A DNA stretch of 32,000 bases from the NCBI RefSeq assembly GCF_000016745.1, contig NC_009483.1, positions 360,001-392,000 on the forward strand. The letters run 5' to 3'. The translations under genes and the position numbers were made by a program. The notes beneath the pieces are model-generated. The model was not told the origin of the DNA, ran no database searches, and saw nothing but the letters and a program-made list of their open reading frames with translations. This document shows positions 19,970-26,354 of this stretch, one piece after another (the stretch's first letter is position 1; the number at the start of each line of letters is the position of its first letter). This DNA is from Geotalea uraniireducens Rf4. GTDB lineage: Bacteria > Desulfobacterota > Desulfuromonadia > Geobacterales > Geobacteraceae.

Positions 19970-20082
19970 AAATTCAACAGAGGCGACAACTACCTTGACA
20001 CCCGCCGGATCTGTCCAATAGTACCATCCTCCATATGCGGGAATACAGAACTCTATTTGATAAACCTTAGCTTTAATTTTTT

Positions 20083-21424
20083 GGCTCCTCGACGAATTGA
20101 GTGGGTAGCCTGGGCCGGGTTGATGTAAGATAGGCCACCATCACTCAGCCTGGAGGTTAGTAATCGCTATGAATCCTGAAGATCTTTTTGGTGCTGCTCT
20201 TGGAATTGCCATCCCGTGGAAGGTTACCTCTGTTGACTTCAACAAGAAGTCAAGTCGTTTGGACATAACCATCGACTTCCAGCGGGGAGCCACCTTTCCC
20301 TGTCCGGTCTGCGGAACGTTGTCACCAGTCCATGACACCACGGAGAAAGAGTGGCGGCATCTGAATTTCTTCCAGTACGAAGCCTACCTTCATGCGCGTG
20401 TTCCACGGGTAAAGTGCCCTAACAGCGACTGCGGCGTGAAGTTGGTCCAGGTACCCTGGGCTCGCGCAGGCTCAGGATTTACGCTGCTGTTTGAGGCCCT
20501 GGCCATGACCATGGCTCGTGATTTGCCGGTGAAGGTCATGAGCAGGCTGTTTGCCGTTACCGATACCCGTCTATGGCGGTTGATTCAATCCTATGTCGAG
20601 AAGGCAAGGGCCGCAGAAGACTTCTCCGAGGTGAAGAGGGTCGGTGCGGATGAAACCTTTGCCGGGCGCAGTCATGACGAGAAATTCGTCACCTTCTTCT
20701 TCGACCTCGACATGCATAAGCTCTTGTTCGGCACGACGGGAAAGGACAACGAAACAGTCAAGAGCTTCGTCGCGGACCTTAAGTCACATGGCGGCGATCC
20801 TGATAGCATCACAGACGCTGCTATTGACATGTCCAAGGCATTCATAAAGGGTGTCAAAGAGCAGTTGCCCCATGCCGTGGTCACCTTCGATAAATTCCAC
20901 GTCATCAAGCTTATGAACGATAAGCTTAGTAAGATAAGGGCTCAAGAAGCCAGGTTATTTCCTGAAATCCTGAAAAAGAGCAGAAACCTGTTCCTCAAAA
21001 ATCCAGAGAACCTGACACCGGAAGAGGAACAGCGCCTGGATGCCATTATCACCAGTCAAAGCTTAAGGAGTACGGAAGCTTACATGCACAAGCTGAACCT
21101 TCAGAACGTCTATTTTGCTTCAAGCCGAACGGAGGCAGAAACCCTGTTGACCAAATGGCATCGGAAAGCCGCCGCAAGCTCAATCCAACTCATCAAGAAC
21201 ATGGCCGAATCTGTAAAAGAGCATTGGGATGGCATTCTGGCACATTTTGAAAGCGGCCTGACTAGCGGCTTCATTGAGGGCATCAACAGCCTAATTCAAT
21301 CAGCCAAAACTCGGGCACGAGGCTATCGGAATCCTGACAACTTGATCTGCATGGCTTATCTGGTTGCAGGCAAGCTCAACCTAAAGTCGCTATTCCCTCT
21401 ACCCACTTGATTCGTTGCAGAGCC
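20083..21424 (+). mobile_element. ISL3-family insertion sequence, intact, with 8-bp target-site duplication
   Basis: IRL GGCTCCTCGACGAATTGAGTGGGTAG (20083-108) versus IRR CTACCCACTTGATTCGTTGCAGAGCC (21399-424). It is flanked by identical AATTTTTT at 20075-82 and 21425-32. The transposase stop lies inside IRR, as is usual for ISL3. Confidence 0.9.
20169..21410 (+). CDS. ISL3-family transposase
   Basis: 413 aa. N-terminal zinc-finger CPVCG...CPNSDCG followed by a DDE_Tnp_ISL3-like body (GADETFAG..., IDMSKAF..., GFIEGINSLIQSAKTRARGYRN). Confidence 0.9.
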   Translation: MNPEDLFGAALGIAIPWKVTSVDFNKKSSRLDITIDFQRGATFPCPVCGTLSPVHDTTEKEWRHLNFFQYEAYLHARVPRVKCPNSDCGVKLVQVPWARAGSGFTLLFEALAMTMARDLPVKVMSRLFAVTDTRLWRLIQSYVEKARAAEDFSEVKRVGADETFAGRSHDEKFVTFFFDLDMHKLLFGTTGKDNETVKSFVADLKSHGGDPDSITDAAIDMSKAFIKGVKEQLPHAVVTFDKFHVIKLMNDKLSKIRAQEARLFPEILKKSRNLFLKNPENLTPEEEQRLDAIITSQSLRSTEAYMHKLNLQNVYFASSRTEAETLLTKWHRKAAASSIQLIKNMAESVKEHWDGILAHFESGLTSGFIEGINSLIQSAKTRARGYRNPDNLICMAYLVAGKLNLKSLFPLPT

Positions 21425-21580
21425 AATTTTTTTGACACTTTTGAAATTCATATAATGCAAATCAGTAACCTGTTTCCAATTCTTGCCGCTTGGTCCTTCC
21501 GCGCGAATATCCTGAGCACTTGTCTCAAGGCAACTAAACGAACACGCAAAAAAGGCTAACACCATTAAGATGATTTTCAT
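21356..21580 (-). pseudogene. 5' part of a small exported-protein gene truncated by the ISL3 insertion
   Basis: Strong AAGGAGG SD lies 6 nt before ATG 21580. Signal peptide MKIILMVLAFFACSFSCLETSAQD. Native sequence ends at codon 52 (21425); the last 22 codons of the ORF are read from the ISL3 IRR. The frame continues at 20074 once the IS is removed. Confidence 0.6.
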
Positions 21581-21643
21581 GTTATACCTCCTTGCTTTTT
21601 CTACGCTACCAACTGGGCTAAGCGCATCTGCTGGAGCCCGTTG

Positions 21644-22093
21644 TTAGCACCTAATGATAATTGCCAGCACCAAGAACGATAAAGCCGATAGAATGCCTAT
21701 CAGTGTGAGAATTCTCGTTACTCTCTGATATGGTTCAGCTCGCCACAGCTGCAAAGTCTGACCTAGATCACGCCATCCAGAGAACCTTTTGCCCTTCTGT
21801 TTAAAAAGTTCGAATGCTTTGCCCGCAGTCTCGTCCCTTTCCAACTCCAGGATAACCTGTCTCCATGACCAAGTCGTTCGACGGATGCTCTGTGCAACCA
21901 ATACCCAGAGAATGGATAGGCATGCCGAAGCAAGTAGCGGTATGCGAATAGGCAATATACTCTGTAGTTGGTTATAGAGGACGAACACAGATGTAATGGA
22001 ACCAAAAAAGAATAGCGCCCACTGGTTCCATCGCGAGTGTTCGCGCTCATACATCTGAATTGCTATTTCTCTTTCGGTCTTCATAATTTTCAT
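21644..22093 (-). CDS. hypothetical membrane protein (3 predicted TM)
   Basis: WALFFFGSITSVFVLY, IPLLASACLSILWVLVAQSI and a C-terminal ILTLIGILSALSFLVLAIII, with a charged helical segment between TM2 and TM3. Start is uncertain (ATG 22093 or 22084, TTG 22162) and no clear SD is present. AT-rich DNA. Confidence 0.5.
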   Translation of the reverse strand: MKIMKTEREIAIQMYEREHSRWNQWALFFFGSITSVFVLYNQLQSILPIRIPLLASACLSILWVLVAQSIRRTTWSWRQVILELERDETAGKAFELFKQKGKRFSGWRDLGQTLQLWRAEPYQRVTRILTLIGILSALSFLVLAIIIRC

Positions 22094-22212
22094 TCGTGTA
22101 GCTTCAGCGAACTTCAGCAAGGACGTAGTTGATTGATAGTTGATTTGGCCATTCAGATACAAATGTCAGTCAATTAATTCAACTAGATCCCGCATAGTCT
22201 TACTTAGATTCG

Positions 22213-22401
22213 TTATCTATTATTAAGTTTGTTGAACAATATTTTTTCATATTTATTTGCATAACCAAAAACATAAGTATCATACCAATACTCAAATGTT
22301 CCAGTATTTATCAGGCATTTCCATGGTGGCTTCAGAGTCGCAGAGGAAGAAAGTGCTGGCAAAAATACAAGAACAACAAAGAGCAGAAAGGTTCTTTTCA
22401 T
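22213..22401 (-). CDS. hypothetical small exported protein (62 aa)
   Basis: MKRTFLLFVVLVFLPALSSSA signal peptide followed by an aromatic-rich body (WKCLINTGTFEYWYDTYVFGYANKY). Starts 11 nt after the nuoL stop. AT-rich DNA, weak SD. Confidence 0.4.
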   Translation of the reverse strand: MKRTFLLFVVLVFLPALSSSATLKPPWKCLINTGTFEYWYDTYVFGYANKYEKILFNKLNNR

Positions 22402-22412
22402 CTCTACCCACT

Positions 22413-24413
22413 CTATTCCCCACCCTGCGTTAAAACCACCCAGGCGAAGTATGCCACAATCAGCCCAAGCCCAGCCGCCAGCGAGAGAAGATAGACCGAC
22501 ACCCTCCCGGTGGTCCAAGCACCGAGCCTCTCCCCCGACTTGCCGAGAAAAAAGGCCAGCCGGTCGAGTGAATCGTCGATCATCCCTTCATCCACCCGTT
22601 CCCAGAAGATGCGGGCGAGGGCTTCGTAGGGGCGGATGAAAAGGAACCGGTAGAGACTGTCCGCGTACCAGCCGTTGAGGAGGAATGCGGTCAGCCCTGC
22701 CGCCGGCGCCACTGCTGCGACAAGCCGTTTTTCGCGCCGGTCGCCGCCATAACGGCGATGGACGACGGCAAGGCCGGCCAGCGCCAGAAGCGCGGCGATT
22801 CCCTGGAGCGCCAGCTCTTCCCCGTGGGAAACCGATGTCGTGCCTCCCTTGACGGTCGTTGCCAGGAACTGCCCGAGCCACCCCCCGGTCAGGTATTCCG
22901 GCAGATTGATGATGCCGCCGAAAAGACCCAACAGGGCGAGGGGGATGAGGGTCCATTCCATCAGGCGAGGAACGTGCAGATGCTGAGCTTCCCCCTTTGA
23001 CAAAGGGGACCCAAACGGCGGGCCTAAAGGACTGAGGGGGATTTGTCCATGACCGGCCGTAGAAATCCACCCTAACCCCCCTTTCTCAAAGGGGGGAATC
23101 TGTTGCGTTCCCCCGAATACCAGGTAAACCATGCGGAAGGTGTAGACCGAAGTCAGGAGAGCGGTAAAGAGGCCGAGCAGATAGAGCCCGCCGTAGAGGA
23201 GTCCGCCTTTTCCCCAGGCTGCTGTGAGAATCGCATCCTTGCTGAAGAAACCGCCGGTGAGCGGCAGTCCGGCCAGACAGACGGCACCGGCCAGGAATGG
23301 CCAAAAGGTGAGGGGGAGGTTCCTGCGCAGCCCCCCCATGCGGAAGATGTCCTGTTCATGGTGGAGCGCGGTTATGACACAGCCTGCCGCCAGGAAGAGC
23401 AGTGCCTTGAAGAAGGCGTGGACAAGGAGGTGAAAGGTGGCGGCGGTAATGGCGCCACACCCCACCCCGAGCATCATGTAGCCGATCTGGCTGATGGTCG
23501 AGTAGGCCAGAACCCGCTTCAGGTCCCGCTGGGCAAGGGCGCAGCTTGCCGCGTAGAAGGCGGTCAGCCCGCCGGTTAAGGCGATGGCTCCCTGCACCGT
23601 GGCCGATGCCCCGATGAGGGGGAACATGCGGGCGAGGAGGTAGACCCCGGCGGTCACCATGGTGGCGGCGTGTATCTGGGCGGAAACCGGCGTGGGGCCG
23701 GCCATGGCGTCGGGGAGCCAGACCATGAGCGGCAGCTGGGCCGATTTCCCCATGGCGCCGATGAGGAGCAGAAGTCCCAGGGCGGTGATCACCCCGGCCG
23801 GCATGAGAAAGCCGAGGCCGTTCAATTCAGTGATGGAGACCGTGGAAAAGAGTTGAAACATCCAGACAACGGCAATGCCGAAGGCGGTGTCGCCGATCCT
23901 GGTGACGATGAACGCCTTGCGACCGGCGGTGGCGTTTTTCTCCTCCCGGTACCAGAAACCGATCAGGGCGTAGGAGCAGAAGCCGACCCCCTCCCATCCC
24001 AGGTAGAGGAGTGGCAGGTTTTCCGCCAGCACCAGCACGAGCATGGCGAAGACGAACAGGTTGAGGAGGGCAAAAAAGCGGGCATAATCGGGGTCGTCCG
24101 CCATGTAGCCGACCGCATAGACGTGGATCAGTCCGCAGACAAAGGTGATCATGAGGACCATCACCAGCGAGAGCGGATCGAGATAGAGGGTGATTGGCGC
24201 CTTGAAGTCGAAGGCCGCCAGCCAGGAGCCGAGCTCCACCTTGAGCGGCGCCCGGTAGGCGACGAAGGCCGACAGGCTGCAGACGAACGACACCCACACC
24301 ACCCCGCAGGCGAGGGTCTCTGCGATGCGGCGGGGCAGTTGCCGGCCGATGACGGCGTTCACCACCCCTCCGAGGAGGGGGAGGAGGAGTATGAGGGCAA
24401 TGTAAAGTTTCAT
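22413..24413 (-). CDS. nuoL: NADH-quinone oxidoreductase subunit L
   Basis: 666 aa from MKLYIALILLLPLLGG; antiporter-like subunit. AAGG SD upstream. Contains an atypical ~37-aa in-frame segment (see the repeat at 22989-23096). Confidence 0.92.
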   Translation of the reverse strand: MKLYIALILLLPLLGGVVNAVIGRQLPRRIAETLACGVVWVSFVCSLSAFVAYRAPLKVELGSWLAAFDFKAPITLYLDPLSLVMVLMITFVCGLIHVYAVGYMADDPDYARFFALLNLFVFAMLVLVLAENLPLLYLGWEGVGFCSYALIGFWYREEKNATAGRKAFIVTRIGDTAFGIAVVWMFQLFSTVSITELNGLGFLMPAGVITALGLLLLIGAMGKSAQLPLMVWLPDAMAGPTPVSAQIHAATMVTAGVYLLARMFPLIGASATVQGAIALTGGLTAFYAASCALAQRDLKRVLAYSTISQIGYMMLGVGCGAITAATFHLLVHAFFKALLFLAAGCVITALHHEQDIFRMGGLRRNLPLTFWPFLAGAVCLAGLPLTGGFFSKDAILTAAWGKGGLLYGGLYLLGLFTALLTSVYTFRMVYLVFGGTQQIPPFEKGGLGWISTAGHGQIPLSPLGPPFGSPLSKGEAQHLHVPRLMEWTLIPLALLGLFGGIINLPEYLTGGWLGQFLATTVKGGTTSVSHGEELALQGIAALLALAGLAVVHRRYGGDRREKRLVAAVAPAAGLTAFLLNGWYADSLYRFLFIRPYEALARIFWERVDEGMIDDSLDRLAFFLGKSGERLGAWTTGRVSVYLLSLAAGLGLIVAYFAWVVLTQGGE
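22989..23096. repeat. palindromic element embedded in-frame in nuoL
   Basis: It is bounded by CCCCTTTG-a-CAAAGGGG (22992-23008) and CCCCCCTTT-ctc-AAAGGGGGG (23076-96), with an inner GGGGGATTT/AAATCCaCC stem. Translated as PPFEKGGLGWISTAGHGQIPLSPLGPPFGSPLSKGE. Confidence 0.55.
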
Positions 24414-24439
24414 TGAGAACCTTAATGGGACACGGTACA

Positions 24440-24524
24440 GGCGGACAAGTCGGATCAAACCTGATCAAACAGAATCAAAATCTTATGGTATTTGTTTGAT
24501 CCGCCTTTTCAGATCTGATCCGCG
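24440..24524. repeat. palindromic element in the nuoK-nuoL spacer (GATCAAA words)
   Basis: GATCAAA at 24453 and 24463 and AATCAAA at 24473 have an exact 10-bp period. CGGATCAAAC (24451-60) pairs with GTTTGATCCG (24494-503), and GCGGA (24441) with TCCGC (24519). Confidence 0.5.
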
Positions 24525-24562
24525 TCCAATTGCCTTTCGTTTTTCTCTCTTGACGCTTTGAG

Positions 24563-24871
24563 TTATCCTTTCATATCACTGAATTCATCCGCGTTCACCG
24601 TCTTCTTCCGCCGGTGCAGGTAGACCACCAGCGCCAGGGCCAGCGAAACCTCGGCGGAGGTCATGGCTATGATCATCAGGGCGAACACCTGGCCGTCAGC
24701 TGCCCCCCACCGGTTAGCACCACCGACGAAGGCGAGCATGGCGGCGTTGAGCATGATCTCGATGCCGATCAGCATCATGATGATGTTGCTTCGCCAGACC
24801 AGAACACAGGTCAGCCCGAGGACGAAGAGTATCCCGGCGAGAATCAATACATGTAACAATGGAACTATCAT
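24563..24871 (-). CDS. nuoK: NADH-quinone oxidoreductase subunit K
   Basis: 102 aa. MIVPLLHVLILAGILFVLGL...IGIEIMLNAAMLAFV is canonical NuoK. Confidence 0.93.
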   Translation of the reverse strand: MIVPLLHVLILAGILFVLGLTCVLVWRSNIIMMLIGIEIMLNAAMLAFVGGANRWGAADGQVFALMIIAMTSAEVSLALALVVYLHRRKKTVNADEFSDMKG

Positions 24872-24930
24872 CTCAGCACAAGCCTGTTTTCAGTAAATGA
24901 GTGAACGAAAGAGGACTGGGGAATCAGGAT

Positions 24931-25206
24931 CGAGGAACGAGGGTCTCGAACCTCGAACCCTGAACCCTGAACCCTGAACCCTGAACCCTGAACCCTGAAC
25001 CCTGAACCCTGAACCCTGAACCCTGAACCCTGAACCCTGAACCCTGAACCCTGAACCCTGAACCCTGAACCCTGAACCCTGAACCCTGAACCCTGAACCC
25101 TGAACCCTGAACCCTGAACCCTGAACCCTGAACCCTGAACCCTGAACCCTGAACCTCGAACCTTGAACCTCGAACCTCGAACCTCGAACCTCGAACCTCG
25201 AACTTG
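24931..25206. repeat. heptamer-phased element in the nuoJ-nuoK spacer
   Basis: CGAGGAA CGAGGGT (24931-44) is followed by 37 in-phase heptamers from 24948 to 25206: 1x GAACCTC, 28x GAACCCT, then GAACCTC, GAACCTT, 5x GAACCTC and GAACTTG. Confidence 0.95.
24955..25150. repeat. perfect tandem repeat (GAACCCT)x28
   Basis: Counted directly: 196 nt, 28 identical 7-nt units with no interruption. Confidence 0.97.
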
Positions 25207-25211
25207 TATCC

Positions 25212-25697
25212 TCATCGGCGTCTCCCCAGGTATAAGGCCCCTACCAGCGCGAAGAGGAGCTGCATGGAGATTATCTCGACCGCAATGCCGTATTTACGGA
25301 ACAGGACGCGACTGAAGTCCCTGATGCCCACATATGGCAGTTTTCCGATCACGGCCTGCTGCTGTGCGGTTAACAGGGCGATGATCGCCGCCAGGATGAT
25401 TCCACCGAGAAGCAGGGCGGGCCACCAGTCGCGCATGCCTGGCAGTGCCACCTTTTCCGGGTGCCCAAGGTCGAGCATCATGATGACGAACATGAACAGC
25501 ACCATGATGGCGCCGGCATAGATGATGACCTCGAAAACCGCAACCAGCGGCGCGCCGAGCAGGTAGAAGACAACCGCCAGGGCGAAGAAGGAGGTCACCA
25601 GGTAGACGATGGCGTGCACCGTGTGCTTCTCCGTGATGGCGAAGCCGGTGGCGATGACGGCTACGGCTGCCAGTATGTAGAAAAGTGTTGCTTCCAA
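25212..25697 (-). CDS. nuoJ: NADH-quinone oxidoreductase subunit J
   Basis: 161 aa. (M)EATLFYILAAVAVIATGFAI...VFEVIIYAGAIMVLFMFVIMML. TTG start at 25697 with GGAG SD 5 nt upstream. Confidence 0.9.
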   Translation of the reverse strand: MEATLFYILAAVAVIATGFAITEKHTVHAIVYLVTSFFALAVVFYLLGAPLVAVFEVIIYAGAIMVLFMFVIMMLDLGHPEKVALPGMRDWWPALLLGGIILAAIIALLTAQQQAVIGKLPYVGIRDFSRVLFRKYGIAVEIISMQLLFALVGALYLGRRR

Positions 25698-25714
25698 GAT
25701 CGCTCCGGGAGGTA

Positions 25715-25775
25715 CGAGGAACGAGGATAAAGGATCGAGGAAAATTTTTTGGGTCTCCTCGAACCTCGTTCCTCG
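25715..25775. repeat. palindromic heptamer element in the nuoI-nuoJ spacer
   Basis: CGAGGAA CGAGGAT (25715-28) and CGAGGAA (25736-42) face CTCCTCG AACCTCG TTCCTCG (25755-75). It shares the 12-mer CGAGGAACGAGG with the nuoJ/K element (24931-42). Confidence 0.6.
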
Positions 25776-25784
25776 CTCCTGTTG

Positions 25785-26315
25785 TTAAGGCATCAATCCC
25801 CGCACATCCACCGGCGGATTTTCGTCTTCATTCCCGCCGCGCGGGTTGACCACGCCGATCCCGGCGTGGCGGTAAAAGTTGTAGTCCGGATCCTTGCCGC
25901 AGCCGTCGATCAAGAGGTCTTCCTTTTCATAAACCAGTTCCATGATGTCCCGCTTGCAGATCTCGTAGTCCGGCGTCATCTGGATCGCCATGGTCGGGCA
26001 GGCCTCGGCGCAGAGGCCGCAGAAGATGCAGCGGGAGAAGTTGATGCGGAACCACGCGGCATAGCGGCGTCCGTTTTCACGCTCGGCGGCCTGCATGGAG
26101 ATGCAGTCCACGGGACAGGCGGCGGAGCAGAGGTAGCAGGCGACGCAACGCTCACCCCCCTCCGGGTCCCGGGTCAGGACGATCCTTGCCCGGTAGCGCG
26201 GATACGGGATGCGCTTCTCTTCCGGGTACTGGATGGTTGCCGGGCGGCGGAAGATATGCTTCCAGGTAGTCCAGAGGCCGATGCATAGCGCCTTTATGTC
26301 GGTGAATATAGTCAT
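25785..26315 (-). CDS. nuoI: NADH-quinone oxidoreductase subunit I (2x[4Fe-4S] ferredoxin-like)
   Basis: CVACYLCSAACP and CIFCGLCAEACP cluster motifs; 176 aa. Confidence 0.93.
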   Translation of the reverse strand: MTIFTDIKALCIGLWTTWKHIFRRPATIQYPEEKRIPYPRYRARIVLTRDPEGGERCVACYLCSAACPVDCISMQAAERENGRRYAAWFRINFSRCIFCGLCAEACPTMAIQMTPDYEICKRDIMELVYEKEDLLIDGCGKDPDYNFYRHAGIGVVNPRGGNEDENPPVDVRGLMP

Positions 26316-26354
26316 AAATCCTTAGGCAACGGCGAAATATATGTTCGTTTTCGA

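Larger units (their letters stand above)
18253..20002 (+). mobile_element. IS3-family insertion sequence
   Basis: Terminal inverted repeats tGTGTCAgaaTAGTTGTCGCCTC (18253-75) and GAGGCGACAACTAcctTGACACc (19980-20002) match at 19/23. Two-ORF transposase with a -1 frame relationship. Exact ends are uncertain by +/- 2 bp. Both flanks are C-rich (possible CCC duplication). Confidence 0.85.

Noticed and set aside
22401-22518. N-terminal 39 codons of ORF 22213-22518 overlapping the nuoL 3' end
   Set aside because: The overlap with nuoL is out of frame and GC-rich. Only the part after the nuoL stop (ATG 22401, signal peptide) looks like a gene.
24948-25206. Heptamer array as a CRISPR array or a telomere-like tract
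   Set aside because: There are no spacers and the unit is only 7 nt, so it is not CRISPR. AGGGTTC is one mismatch from the plant-type TTTAGGG telomere unit, but the tract is internal to an operon on what looks like a bacterial chromosome, so this is coincidence.
24868-25215. 115-aa ORF encoding (GSGFRVQ)n as a genuine repeat protein
   Set aside because: The peptide periodicity is a by-product of a 7-nt DNA repeat, and all three frames give the same peptide. A structural protein is unlikely. It is kept only as a possible coupling frame (see findings).
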